From: Eledone cirrhosa
Lineage: Eukaryota
Assembly (NCBI GenBank): GCA_964016885.1
Contig: OZ024754.1
Coordinates: 3,782,001-3,846,000 of the forward strand
Reading direction: 5' to 3'
Length of the DNA: 64,000 bases
The notes beneath the pieces were generated by a model. It did no database searches and was not told the DNA's origin. It saw only the letters and a program-made list of their open reading frames with translations. Shown piece after piece: positions 42,900-57,915 of the stretch (the stretch's first letter is position 1; each line of letters begins with the position of its first letter). Position numbers and translations under genes: made by a program.

Positions 42900-43196
42900 G
42901 AGAGGGAGAGGGAGAGTGAGAGAGACAGACAGAGAGAGAGAGAAAGAGATACAGAGAGGGGCGTATGTATATATAAAATGTTACTTTTATTGTTCTCTCA
43001 TAGTGATGCTTTAATTTCTTACTCTCTGTTTAGAAATCAGATTTTCTTTTACGCTCAATTTTATCGGGAAAATAAATCATTCGTTTTGCCATATCCTCTC
43101 TACTACGCTCAATTTGTAAGGAAATCACAATGTAATGTACCAGTCCCCCATATATATACAATTACATATGCACGTATATGATACACTTACATACTT

Positions 43197-43228
<32 letters not shown>

Positions 43229-43252
43229 TTATAAACATCTATACAAATATAT

Positions 43253-43335
<83 letters not shown>

Positions 43336-43363
43336 CATATATATTCATATATACAAATATATA

Positions 43364-43413
<50 letters not shown>

Positions 43414-43422
43414 TATACACAA

Positions 43423-43474
<52 letters not shown>

Positions 43475-43533
43475 ATATATATATACATATATATATATAT
43501 TCATATACATATACATATATGTATATATATAGA

Positions 43534-43596
<63 letters not shown>

Positions 43597-43949
43597 ACAT
43601 ATATATATATTGTAACGTAACGTTTGTGAAAGACACCCTCTCTCACTCAGGAGGGGTATCGCAAAAGAAAGACTCCAATCATCCGATTATCCATCTCAAG
43701 CCGCTTACGGTAGATTTACTTTTAGTAGGGTTAGGACTTTCATGTTTGCTTCTTATGAATTATTTTCTATTCCTGCTATTATATTATTTCATTGTTATTA
43801 TTATTTATAAATAAGAAATAAAAGAAACGTTTGTTATTTGTATTATTATTATTAATGTCATTATTAATGTTTGCTGGTGGTGGCGTTATTTTGTTCCGTA
43901 GTTATTGTTGTTATAATTTGTTTACAGTTCTTCAATGTACACCCCACTT

Positions 43950-44002
<53 letters not shown>

Positions 44003-44005
44003 CAC

Positions 44006-44096
<91 letters not shown>

Positions 44097-44750
44097 AAAT
44101 GTATACAGAAATAACAACACAATCGTTATGTATATATATCTACTATATCTATCTATATATATCTGTGTGTGTCTGTGAACATATATATATATTTAGAGAG
44201 AGAGAGATAGAGATACATATATCTCTTTTCATGTGACTATCTTTCTAAAAACAAAATTTGATCACCAACATATAAATATACAAACATATACTTTGGTAGA
44301 AGATAAATTTACAAACATTTACGTATATATATGTGTATGCACGCGCGTGTGTGTGTGTGCGTGTGTGTGTCTGTGTCTGTGTGTGTGTGCTTGTGTGTAT
44401 GTAAAGATATAATATATACGTGTAAGTGTGCCCAAGTTTGTCTGTGTGTCAATATTTGTGTGTTTGTGTGTGCGGGTATATATATATCTTTACGGATATG
44501 TGTAGTGTGCCTAATTCCACAATTAGTTTATCATATTATACTAAAATACCTAGTATGAAACTGTGTTATATTTTGTGAAGATATAGATGGGATCATCTGC
44601 CTGGCAGTGTCTGGATGGCTGCTACCATACAAGTGTTTGATTGAGACCAAAAGGATATACACATATTTAGCTTGCCCTGTATACTTATGCTAAAGCTGAC
44701 GATTGTCCATGTGTATTCGTCACCTGAGGGACCTAGCTCCTATTTTTGTA

Positions 44751-44930
44751 TGGCAGTATCGGTAGAGAGTCGGACGCCATGCTTTCCAGCATAGTTACGT
44801 CCCTTTACGGTCTGAGTTCAAATCCTGTCGAGGTTAACTTTGCCTTTCATCCTTACGGGGTCGATAAAATAAAGTACCAGTAATGCACTGGGCAATTGCT
44901 GGCCTTGTGCCTAAAGTAGAAACAATTATT
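44751..44930 (+). mobile_element. SINE copy
   Basis: A box to tail, near consensus. Confidence 0.92.
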
Positions 44931-45090
44931 ATTTATAAACACAGTGATTTAGTTTCTATGAGTCCACTTCCGCTATAGTTAGCAGCCAAATCTTCCACAA
45001 ATTACAACTTACAAACTTAAATATTTATACAATATATAAAGAAATAAATAAAGCCAGGAAAATGTAACCTTCCTATGAGTAAAATAAAAT

Positions 45091-45273
45091 AATTGTTTCT
45101 ACTTTAGGCACAAGGCCAGCGATTACCCAGTGCATTACTGGTACTTTATTTTATCGACCCCGTAAGGATGAAAGGCAAAGTCAACCTCGGCGAGATTTGA
45201 ACTCAGATCGTAAAGGGACGTAACTATGCTGGAAAGCATGGCGTCCGACCCTCTACCGATACTGCCAATCCAC
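45091..45273 (-). mobile_element. SINE copy inverted relative to 44751-44930
   Basis: Near consensus; taaaataat on both sides. Confidence 0.92.
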
Positions 45274-46249
45274 TAAAATAATGTATATTAGGCAATGACT
45301 TTAAAGAAGTATTATGACGGCTGCAACGTTTTTGAGCAGAGGTATATTCTATATTCGGTTTAATCTTTTTAATAATTAACAGCAAGTACAACAATAGCAC
45401 ACATTTAAAAGGATAGATATCTTTATTACATAATTATACGTTAAGAGTGAAAGTTCATAATTAGTTGAATTGAAGCTAGGGCAATGACTGTTAAATATTT
45501 GATCGATACAGCAACCATGGAATATGAAGTGAGGTTTGTGCTTTGTGAGCAATCATGTAGTATAAGATGTTTCAGTTGTAGTCACCCACTAATTTTGAGT
45601 ATATTTGATAGATTGCCAAATGTATTATTTCATTGATAAGGTGACAGAGCGCGAGGATTTTGGTTGGTTTTACTAGATGTTATAGCAACTAGTTTAGTCG
45701 TAGTTTGACACGTTGAGTATCAGCCTCGTAGTATTTGAACACGGGAGAACTAGAAAGATAATTTTAAATACTGTTTTGCTTCTAGCCTGCCACCACCCGC
45801 TTCACATACAGATAATGTAATATATTATGTTTTCTACAAATATTATTACTGAAGAAGAAAAGGAAGAAATCAAGAAAATATATTTATTGAAAAAAATTAC
45901 TTATTTTAAAGATAAATAAATTTTATAAAATAAAGTTCTATTTTCAATGAGAATCTAACAGCTAATTTCAAAATAAATAAACATTTTGAAAACTAATAAA
46001 TATTTTCAAACAAATAAGTATTTTTAAGCTTAAAAAAGTTGTAAAGTTAATTGAAGTTATTTTAAATATATTTCTATTCTTTTTTCAGTTTACACCATTT
46101 CTAAGCTTTCTTTATTTTATTTTTATAATGAGCAAGTAAAATGTTGAATTTCCTAAACTGAAGTTAAGTTTAGTTTTCCCTAAAATGTTTAGCGCGCCAA
46201 AAGCATTTTCTTTTTTTTCTTAAACTTTCGCTTTGCATAGATCTGTAAT

Positions 46250-46333
<84 letters not shown>

Positions 46334-46569
46334 GTATGTATACATATATCTATATATTGTAATGGTGTTATCTTTTAAAAATATATTTCAACATCTCTTT
46401 ATTTTATTCTTTTGTTCATTTGGATTATTATTATTCTTCTGTTGCTTGCTTTTGTTATTGTTATTGTTTTTGTTTTTGTAGAGGATAATATTTCTGCTAT
46501 TGTAGTTTTCTAAAATACACAATCTCTCGCCCTCCCTCATTATATACGTATTTATACGTCTGTAGGTAT

Positions 46570-46600
<31 letters not shown>

Positions 46601-46765
46601 CATGTATTTATGATGAATATTTATATCTACGCACAAAAAGACACAATTTCATACACACACACATATATATATATACATATACACATATATATAAACATAT
46701 ACATATATATATATATGTAGGGTATATATATATATATATATATATAAACACAAACACTCAAACAC

Positions 46766-46817
<52 letters not shown>

Positions 46818-47661
46818 CGTATCTGGGAATGTGTGCGTATTTGTTTTATTAAATTTCTATTTACTTATTTATACTTTCGTTTTGCTTTATACTTATTCTA
46901 TCATCTTAAAAGCAAACGCTAAAAGGAGATAACATATATTAGACAACAACACAAAGCACGAAGCAGATATGATATTATCAATTTACAAGATGTGTCGAAG
47001 AAGCATGGCTTATTTGCCTGTTTGTATATTTTTTCCCCCTTTGTTTGATTGATTTTTGAATTTATTTGGTCTATTTCTTCTATTTTCTATTTTATCGTTT
47101 CTTAACTTTAATATTATTTCGTTATTTTGTTTAAAATTGTTTCTCTCTATATATTGTAGCTTAGAGATGTTTACCCAAGAAAGGTGCAAACATTGTTTTC
47201 CTTCCAATGAGAGAAAAGATTAATTATCGCTGTAAGACCTAACAAGATAAAAGCAGATGCCACAGAGGTTAATATACACCGAGTCTATATATATATATAT
47301 ATATATACAAATATATATACAAATATATATACATATATATATGAATATATATACATATATATATGAATATATATATACATATATACATGTCTATGTATAT
47401 ATATATACATATATACATGCAAATATATACACACACACACACATATATATATATATATGTATAGGTAGATATACATAAATATGTGTATACGGGAATGTGT
47501 TTGTGTGTACCTGTATGTATGTATGGATATAAATAAATGTACATGTATATGTACACCTATATATATATATATATATATATATAAGTATTTATAATAACGT
47601 ATATATATAAACATATATATATATATATATATATATGTCATTATGTTTATTTGTGTGGGGT

Positions 47662-47693
<32 letters not shown>

Positions 47694-48503
47694 TTGTGTT
47701 TGTGTTTGTGTTAGTAGTAGGATAATATCAGTATCACTGTTGGCAATATGTTCCCTGATAGCGTAACTCTGCAAGATAAATGTATGACAACGTCAACGTA
47801 AGGGTGGGGAGGTTGGAGAGAGCGGGTAAGTCTGTAGAAGTTCATGTTAGTAAGAAAGAAAGTGCCACACTTCTCGGCTATGTTGATCGTGATGACGATG
47901 CTGATGATGCTGGTGCTGTTGATCATATTGGTGATGACATTGGTGGGATTTAGTAGACTGAGAGAAATATAGATAGATTTCGAAAAGGATGGCTTTACTG
48001 ATAATGGGTGTAGTTAAGATGCGGGTGATGTTTAGGGTTGATAATGGCGAGGGTGTTGGTGAGAGGGGTCAGAGTTGTGATCTCTGATGAGGAGTGTTGG
48101 GGCTAATAAACTAATGGGGATATTGAGAAAGTACATTGTGGTGTTGCTTGTGGTTGTGGGGCTGATGGTGTCTGTTATAAATGTAGTGTTGGTTCGTGTA
48201 GATGTGATGGTTCTTGTCGTAGTAGCTGAGGTGGCTTTCATGGTTGTGTTAGGGGTGGTATTGCTGGTGGGGGAAGATGGAGAAGATAAGGTCGATTTGG
48301 TACACTGATGTTGTTTGAAGATGGCAGAGTGGATGTGGTTGATGTCAGTAGTAAGATTAGATTACTAGTGACAAATATCTATATATATATATATAGTACA
48401 CATACACACATACATACATATATATATACTCACACACATACATACATATATATATACACACACATACATATATATATACACACACACATACATATATATA
48501 TAT

Positions 48504-48586
<83 letters not shown>

Positions 48587-49085
48587 ATGTATAATATATA
48601 TATATAAATACAGACATATATATATATATATAAATATATATATTGGGACTTGGTGAAGTCGATGGAGATATGACAATAGTGAAATCTATCGTGTTGTAAA
48701 TGATGATACAGGTAACAATTTAGGGGTTGGCGTTGGTTTGAGGTGTTGTAGCTGAGGCAGCGATAAGGTTTCAATATAATACAAAATTATATCAATGAAC
48801 TGATATTTCAGGAACATAGATAATAATGAAATTTAAATAACAAGAGATAAATAAAAACAACAACTGGCAAATAAATTTGATATTTTAGTAAATATGAGAT
48901 CAAATTTATACGTGTATGATTAGAGAATACTTATTGATGATGGGAGTGAAACTACAGATAGTAAACTTCCTCTTACAATGTCCCCTTATATATATATTTG
49001 ATTATCTCATATTTTGTAATCAAATTATCATCATGTGGAAGATTCAACGCACATCCCCTCACTCTCTCACTCTGTCTTTCTCTCT

Positions 49086-49139
<54 letters not shown>

Positions 49140-49231
49140 GCAAAATGTAAATAGAGATAATAAAATGTAAATAGAAATATAATGTGTTTGTGTATGTTTT
49201 TATATGTGTATATACATATATATATATATGC

Positions 49232-49346
<115 letters not shown>

Positions 49347-49489
49347 AGTATATATATATATATAAATATTTATATATATATATACACAAATGCATCGTTC
49401 CAGTTATCTGGAGGCATACTTACTCTGAAATAAACTAATTGTTGTATAAATATTACATACATACACACACAAACACACATATATGTTTA

Positions 49490-49633
49490 ATCTATAGTTC
49501 CAGAGTCTTGAACTAGCTCTTGAAACGGCAAGAGCTCAGTCGTCGGGTATTTACAATAAACCCATACACCTAGTATCGAGTTCTCTGTTGAATAATGGTC
49601 TTACCATTTTCAAATGGAATCCATGGTGGTTTA
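49490..49633 (+). mobile_element. Diverged family B relative
   Basis: ctagctcttGAAACGGCaagagctcaGTCGTCgggt...agtatcgagttctctg...atggtc, followed by TA-rich sequence. Confidence 0.55.
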
Positions 49634-49678
49634 TATATGTATATGTTAATATATATACAGTATATGTATATTTTAATA

Positions 49679-49763
<85 letters not shown>

Positions 49764-49847
49764 GTTATTCCGGGTTGAATCGGAGGTAACCACAGTAAGT
49801 AAGGTACTCAATACATAGCAGAGTATAACAGTTTTAATCTATATTAA

Positions 49848-49958
<111 letters not shown>

Positions 49959-50139
49959 TGTGTGTGTGTGAAAATTAGAATTGGTGCTCTGAAATACCGA
50001 TATATATATAAATGTATATACAGTGTATTTTGCAATACACGGTATGCTTAATTAAAAGCATTTTGAAAAACTTACGCTATTGTTTTAGAGTAGTGACAGT
50101 CTCACTTAATTTAAATTTTCAGCAAACAGGAGGAGATAA

Positions 50140-50184
50140 AGCTGAGAGAGCTCTGTTTCGTACTATTTGGTAGTTATCAAAGCT
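50140..50184 (-). ncRNA. Hammerhead, family F left-arm copy (two stem-breaking substitutions)
   Basis: agct-TTGATAA-ctac caaata gtac-GAAA-cagagctctc-TC-agct. Confidence 0.5.
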
Positions 50185-50400
50185 AAGTACCCCACCTGTT
50201 TACCGAAAATCCTGAATGTTTGATTCTTATAGAATTCTAGTAATACTCAGGCACTGATTATACAGAGCGTTTGCCGGTCAAGCAGAAATTTAAAATTAAA
50301 ATTGGTGCTCTGAAATAGCGACCGGCAACCGCTCTGTATAATCAGTTCCTGATTATAAGAATCAAACATTCATGATTTTCAGCAAACAGGTGGAGTACTT

Positions 50401-50445
50401 AGCTTTGATAAGTACCAAATAGTACGAAACAGAGCTCTGTCAGCT
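50401..50445 (+). ncRNA. Type I hammerhead ribozyme with compensatory U3-A8 core
   Basis: AGCT-TTGATAA-GTAC caaata GTAC-GAAA-CAGAGCTCTG-TC-AGCT; all stems pair, GUC triplet, palindromic stem III. Confidence 0.7.
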
Positions 50446-50575
50446 TTATCTCCCCCTGTTTGCTGAACATTTAAAGTAAGTGAGACTGTCACTACTCTAG
50501 AACAATAGCGTAAGGTCTTCAAAATGCTTTTAATTAAGCATACCGTGTATTTCAAAATACACTATATATACATTC

Positions 50576-50607
<32 letters not shown>

Positions 50608-50608
<1 letters not shown>

Positions 50609-50791
50609 AGGTGTGGCAAGATACCAGGTGGACCATAACGCACCAGCGTACTCGATACTTAGGGTAGTAGAGTGAGTATTAGGAAAAGAGTCAGGACCCC
50701 CGGCGGCTAAGCTCGGGCCGTTTCGGCAGCTAGATCCGAACTGCTGTCGAAACGGCCGAAAATCAGCCGTCGGGGTCCTGGCTCTTTTTCT
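50608..50791. mobile_element. Family B insert with fold-back
   Basis: Long minus-strand arm 50608-50742 and short inverted arm 50743-50791. Confidence 0.8.
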
Positions 50792-50797
50792 ACATAT

Positions 50798-50923
<126 letters not shown>

Positions 50924-50934
50924 TATATATATAC

Positions 50935-50979
<45 letters not shown>

Positions 50980-50984
50980 CATAC

Positions 50985-51019
<35 letters not shown>

Positions 51020-51245
51020 CATATATATATATATATATCTACATATATATATACATGTTTGAGAGTGTACATACTTACTCAGTATGTTATTTCTGTAACC
51101 TATGTTATTTCTGTACTCTTTTTCCTTCTCTTCTCTTAAGAAACATGTCAGCTTCATTTCATTTTCTAACATTTTCTAATTTCTCTTCACCCCCCCCCCC
51201 CCCTAACTCACGGACACACGTGTACACTCGTATGCATTGATATAT

Positions 51246-51332
<87 letters not shown>

Positions 51333-51356
51333 GGAGAGCGAGAGAGAGCAAGAGAC

Positions 51357-51475
<119 letters not shown>

Positions 51476-51852
51476 AAGCAGCACATAGAAAAAAGAAAAT
51501 TAAATATTTCCAAGCTTCTCGTTTTACGTAAGAAACTCATTATACATCTAACTACAACCATATGCTTGGGATGACCTGAACGCTAGAGGAAGATTTTTTT
51601 TTTTTTTTCAGAGTAATCTAGGAAGCAAAAAGGTATGTGAAGAATCGCATCGTTTGTGAACCCTGCACACTACCGTGGACAGGGAGTTATGTTTACAGCG
51701 CTTATATAAATACACTGGGTGGTGGCATGAAGGTATTTTATTTTTTACTCTAGGTGCATGTACATCGTATGTATGCCTGGATATGTTGTCTAATTACTTG
51801 TACAGGATTCAGCCAATGCATGTCTGTACATATGTATATATGTATGCATGTA

Positions 51853-51947
<95 letters not shown>

Positions 51948-51961
51948 ACACACACAGAAAC

Positions 51962-51993
<32 letters not shown>

Positions 51994-52014
51994 ATATATG
52001 TATGTATATACATA

Positions 52015-52190
<176 letters not shown>

Positions 52191-52614
52191 TATATGAATT
52201 TGAGACTTTCACCACATACGTGTGAGATAGTGTGTACGTTAAAATGAAAAAAAAAAACGACTGACAATTTTGAGTAAAATAAAAAAAATGACTGCTTAGG
52301 CCACATATAGAGCACACCTCCATGATGCAAATGGACTGTTTTTCTTGTTGGTGTTTACTTGTTTGTCTTCTGATCTGTTTTTTTAAGCCTGTTTTTTTTC
52401 CCTCAGAGATCGGTTGTTGCACAATCAGCTACATATGTACATTAGTCAAGTAGAAACTACAGCAAGCTAAGCGTGTGGAGTCATTTCGGTTATATAACGA
52501 AATGTAAGTTTCCATTCGAGTGGTGTCTAATATAATATAGCTGAACATCTGTTGTATACGTGAGTATACAGCATAAAGTAACGTTAGGCCTCTCAATATG
52601 TTAGTGTTTACACA

Positions 52615-52765
52615 TCAGAGGATGCAACATGGCCGAATTGTTAAAAGATTCCTTTTGCAATTAAAAGTTGCTGCAATCCATCTCACGCCTTGGTATTTTG
52701 GGCAAATGAAATTTAATATTTCCTCCGATTGACCCAATCCATGTGATCAGAAATAGAAGGAATGT
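52615..52765 (+). mobile_element. Decayed CORE-type tRNA SINE
   Basis: atggccgaattgttaa...ggtattttgggcaaatg...cctccgattgacccaatccatgtga resembles a tRNA head plus CORE domain; heavily diverged. Confidence 0.35.
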
Positions 52766-52817
52766 TCGGTAACACATTTAATCTACTAGAAGTAAAGCAC
52801 TAAAAGACTAAATTCTA

Positions 52818-52945
52818 TCTCGAGCCCTGAGGATCACGAGGTCGGTAATCATCTCAATTTACGTGGCGTTAAGTGACAGAGAGTAAAATACTTTCCCCTG
52901 GACAGGACGTCTGTTCATGGCAGGTTTAAACCCTTGGCTATCGCT
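52818..52945 (-). mobile_element. V-domain-like SINE fragment
   Basis: Reverse complement aacctgccatgaacagacgtcctgtccagggg...actctctgtcacttaacgccac resembles the V-SINE core cctgcgatggactggcg.cctgtccaggg. Confidence 0.45.
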
Positions 52946-52977
52946 GATACACAAATTGTTATGTTAATTTACCTTTT

Positions 52978-53095
52978 GATTTAAGTCCTGTGAAGGTTAG
53001 ATTTCCTTTTCATCCTTATGGGGTACGACTCAGGCGTCGATTTATCGAACCCCCCCGGCCCAATTTGTTGGCCTTGTGTCTAAATCAGAAACCAT
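52978..53095 (+). mobile_element. Decayed SINE 3' portion
   Basis: ttttcatccttatgggg...gtcgatttatcga...ggccttgtgtctaaatcagaaacc. Confidence 0.6.
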
Positions 53096-53639
53096 GATAA
53101 TACAAGTCCTATGGCGAATGTTCAATATAAATATGGAATAAGTTCCAATGTTTAAATGTTATATTAGTTGCTCTTCCGTTTGTTCAAAAGCTAGACTAAT
53201 CATCGTCGAAACTGACGGATGTTCATTGCTTACTAATGCTTACACGTCTAATGAATGCACAAAAAAAGAGATCTGAAAGTAGCACTGCACTATTGTACAA
53301 AGTTCCCGGTGTACAATAACTACTTCTGTCTAGAAACCAATCCAGAATTTACATTGCAGATGTTCGCCGTAAACATCGTTGTGCGAGTCCAAGCTTAGTT
53401 TGTAACCTCTATAAAAGGATCGATCGACTTTCGTCAAATCGGACCGAGGAAACAATGTTTTCGTCGGTCTTTCCATTTGTTAGTACTATCTATCGGTCGC
53501 AACTCCAGGTAGAAGGAGCAACCTCTTTATGAAGCCATAATACCTGCTAGAAATGACAACAACATTCTCCCCAAAATCTTATTTTCTTATAGATATACTC
53601 CATATTTCAATTGAAAATAGAATGTGATAGATATATAAT

Positions 53640-53985
53640 TGTTTTTACTTTAGGCACAAGGCCAGCAATTACCCAGTGTATTACTGGTACTTTATGTTAT
53701 CGACCCCGTAAGGATGAAAGGCAAAGTTAACCTCGGCGTGATTTGAACTCAGAATGGCAATAGATAGATATATAATACCAATGTGATAGATATATAATTG
53801 TTCCTACTTTTGGCACAAGACCAGCAATTACCCAGTACATTACTGGTACTTTATTTTATCGACCTCTGTATGGATGAAAGGCAAAGTTAACCTCGGCGGG
53901 ATTTGAACTCAGATCGTAAAGGGACGTAACTATGCTGGAAAGCATGGCGTCCGACCATCTACCGATACTGCCAATCCACCGCCCT
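53640..53985 (-). mobile_element. Two SINE copies (53640-53760 truncated; 53799-53985 full), each with a TSD
   Basis: gatagatatataat occurs four times, around both copies. Confidence 0.92.
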
Positions 53986-54277
53986 TGTGATAGATATATA
54001 ATACCATGGAAAATGTTAAGATGGTGTTGAAAGAAGGAAACTTCAAGGTGGTCGCCGTGCTTGTTCAAAAGAAGTATTCATTTGCCTTAAAACATAATAT
54101 GCCTTCTTAAAGCAAAACATATTTGGATTTCACTGAAGCCAATTGCTATGTCATCCAGTCTGAATGAATTAGCTGTTGGCTTACGCAAACCTTGAATACC
54201 AGTCAACCAAGAAATATACAAACACAGACACAGATGTTCACACACAGACACAATTACACTTTCAAAGACAACTACTT

Positions 54278-54312
<35 letters not shown>

Positions 54313-55212
54313 AATATATATATATATATTTATATATATCAATTTGCTATACGATTTTGATGAATCTACGCCAAATTAGGCACAAGTGATGCACCTTACA
54401 GTTAGAAATATCTTGAAATCTTTGGATATGTTTCAAGAAATTACGCCGGCAGCAAACTAGGTAGTTTTTGAACATCAAATGGTGGAAACGCAACTATTTC
54501 CTCCTTGATATTAAAATTATTACGTTTCATAATTATTAATTGTTTCTTGCATAACAATCATTTCTGGGTATATATATATATATATATAATTGCGGTTTTA
54601 GAAGGGGCAATTAGATATAAATGTTTTCATAATTCTCAATTAATATTTGGTCAACTGAAAGATATTTTCCTAACAACTTAAGCAGAGACAGGTAGTTACC
54701 AGCCATGACCATTTGACAGCATTTCGTGTCTTGTGCAATGAAAGGAAGAGAGCTTTTATATCCTGGCCGATGAACTGGGTCAAACGATTATAATTAATAT
54801 TAGTTAACTCCGACAAATACAGGGAAACATCAAGTTATGGTCTAATACTTCGTAAAGGATTAAGCCTGCCAGAGAAAACAAGAGCGGTCCGATGAGTTTA
54901 TATGCGTCTATATTATATTTCTTGTAGCAAATTCCACTAACAAAACTTTCTTCCATACGAAACTAGGGTGTTAAAGCAAAAGACATATGTCACTTACTCG
55001 AAGTGTTGCGTTATGCAATCGAAACCCAAGATGAAATATTTATGAAACTGACATTTTCATCTCATCATCATGCCTGAAGTTTCAGCCATTATTCAAATAT
55101 CACATACAGACCGTTTTACATAATAAGCTCATGGGGTTGTATGACTTTCACTGTTACATCTTAACCTTATATTTAGACCCATATCTGAATTCATCAAAAC
55201 GATTTATGTATT

Positions 55213-55454
<242 letters not shown>

Positions 55455-55480
55455 TATACAGATAGAAAGATAGATAGATA

Positions 55481-55808
55481 ACTTTCTACTTATTTGCCAC
55501 CAGGGCATCAAAGATTGGGACAAATACAAGGGGGGGGGGAGTTTACATACATTTCAAAGGACGTATAAAAACACAGAACAAATCAAATTCAACAATCGAA
55601 GTCCTCAATAGGGAGGGGGCGCTGACGTGGGTCGCACACACACCCGAAAAAATGTGCAACCCTCCTCCTCAGGAGCACAAAGAGCGGGTGCTCCCTTCCT
55701 CTCCTCCTTCTTCTCTCTCACCTACAGGCTGATATAGAGAGAAGGCCCATTCACTCGGGCCATTCTCGCCACTTTCACCCATCTTTCATAAAACTTGCTG
55801 GCATCTCT
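55481..55808 (-). mobile_element. Probable Tx1/L1-type LINE 3' end in (GATA)n
   Basis: Minus strand DASKFYERWVKVARMARVNGPSLYISL* (F..RW C-terminal motif); 3' UTR ends ggtggcaaataagtagaaagt(tatc)n; GATA repeats on both sides. Confidence 0.55.
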
Positions 55809-55908
<100 letters not shown>

Positions 55909-55919
55909 GATAGATGGCT

Positions 55920-56039
55920 ATGCTAAGAGTAGGCTGTTTAAATGCGCGTGGCCTGGGCTCAACTTGGAAGCAAGCAATGCTTCTAAATGACCTCAGGTCA
56001 CAACGTATAGATGTGATGGTTATTTGCGAGGCCCGGATC
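55920..56039 (+). pseudogene. N-terminus of an APE endonuclease domain (Tx1/L1-type ORF2 start)
   Basis: MLRVGCLNARGLGSTWKQAMLLNDLRSQRIDVMVICEAR matches APE motifs N.RGL...K...L......D...L.ET; flanked by (GATA)n. Confidence 0.75.
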
Positions 56040-56228
56040 AGATAGATAGATAGATAAACAGACAGACTGAAGGAGAGACAGACAGATTGACTAATACATA
56101 ATTGGAAACATGCATCTCATGGTGAACTCTACATTCATGGTCATTTATAAAGTTATCTCCTTTAGCATATCAATCCAATTTGTGTGAGAATGTTTCCTGC
56201 TGAACTCTCATTATCTTATCTTCCTCTA

Positions 56229-56416
56229 GGGGCAGTGGATTGGCAGTGTCGGTAGAGGGTCGGACGCCATGCTTTGACGCATAGAGTTACGGCCCTTGTC
56301 ATTATGAGTTCAAATCTCACCGAGGTTAACTTTGCTTTTCATCCTTACGGGGTCGATAAAATAAAGTACCAGTAATGTACTGAGTAATTGCTGGCCCTGT
56401 GCCAAAAGTAGAAGCA
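56229..56416 (+). mobile_element. SINE copy with exact 18-bp TSD
   Basis: attatcttatcttcctct at 56210-56227 and 56417-56434. Confidence 0.93.
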
Positions 56417-56477
56417 ATTATCTTATCTTCCTCTCTCTCTTTCTCACCCTCACACACACACACACACTCTCTCTCTT

Positions 56478-56508
<31 letters not shown>

Positions 56509-57779
56509 GTATGTATGTGTGTGTGTGTGTGTGTGTATGTATGTGCGTGTTTGTCATTGTGTGGTTGTGTATGTCTGTGTGTATGCGTGTAGTCGTTCTT
56601 AACTGTTCTTCCAGCTTGTTGCATGCAAGTTCACCCGCCGCCACCCCAGAACACCCACTCTCTGTCTTATTGCAATAGAAAGGAGCAAAACATATGTGAA
56701 AAGTGTTACATAAAGTATCAATTTGCTGTTAAACCCTTGTAATCTTGAAATATATACTGTCTCGAAAGATTAAAGGATAGTAAATACATATATATATATA
56801 TATATATATATAAGAAGAAACTGCAAACAGTGATTATAATACATCTCTTGTCTGCTCATGTCATGCTTTCTTTACAAAACGAATATTTCAAGCTATTATT
56901 TCTTTGTTATGCTCCCCTCTCCACTAATACATATGCTTCTCATAACTTTTGTCATAGACTGATCACGTGAGTTTGTTAAGAAATGTTGAAAACTTCCTGT
57001 TTAGACAAAACAACACATTCCTCATCTAATTCCAAATACCAAAGACATAGACATATAGAGATATATAGATTTAGAGACATACATAACCAAACCCAGTCTT
57101 GTTAAATTATATAAATAGACATTTCTTTTTACTACAAACTCTTACGAATGATACCAATATCGGAGCCTTCTTCTAGAAACCACAGCTAAATATCCTCATA
57201 ATTCACACGACTTTCTTAAAAAATATGACGTTGCATTATGTTGTTAGGAGAGTAATATGCTGAGAAAAATATATTGCATAGCAATGGCTGAATTAGTGGT
57301 GTACATAAATCTGCAGAGTCAGTGTTCAGGAAGATTTATAACTAATCCAATATGCAATAGATTTTGCTGACTAAATATACATTATACATAAAATCAGGTC
57401 GGATACTTCCACAATTATTTGGTCGTATCTCTATATTATACATAATTATGTACCAGGTATATACTGTGGGTAAATCCAGTCGACTATAAAATATCCAAAA
57501 AAGAAATTATTACCATATCCGTATAATTAAAAGAACCTAATCAACTAGTCTCCCTTTAACCAAATAATACTCATGTCAAATATAAGACTAATTTCACAGG
57601 TGATAGCCGCGGGAGGGTTGAAAGGATTTAGTGGTTATCTTGATAGCATTACGTTAATAGTAATTTATTATGAAGGCCAGAAGCATAATTGGCAGAGTCG
57701 AGCGTGGTAGCATCTTGATACAGATGATAAAACATCTTAACAGATATCTAGTAAGAACTTGTGTCCATAAGTACAATAT

Positions 57780-57915
57780 AATGGTTTCTAATTTAGACAG
57801 AAGACCAACAATTTTAAGGGGAGGCCAAAGTTGATTAAATCGACCCCAGTGTGTTACTGGTACTTTATTTTATCGACCTTGTAAGGATAAAAGTCAAATC
57901 TAACCTCGGCGGGAT
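57780..57915 (-). mobile_element. SINE 3' portion (long variant)
   Basis: Tail and central domain on the minus strand. Confidence 0.75.

Larger units (their letters stand above)
50011..50574. mobile_element. Family F ~255-bp inverted repeat (50011-50279 / 50320-50574), one hammerhead per arm
   Basis: Arms are reverse complements with scattered mismatches and one ~15-nt indel; 40-bp spacer; TA flanks. Confidence 0.85.

Noticed and set aside
47710-48360. Val/Thr-rich ORFs in a GT-rich tract
   Set aside because: Low-complexity decayed trinucleotide sequence with no domain signature.
53360-53508. Possible internal exon (cag|...|gtag, 49 open codons)
   Set aside because: Weak donor and pyrimidine tract, no recognisable protein motif; expected by chance.
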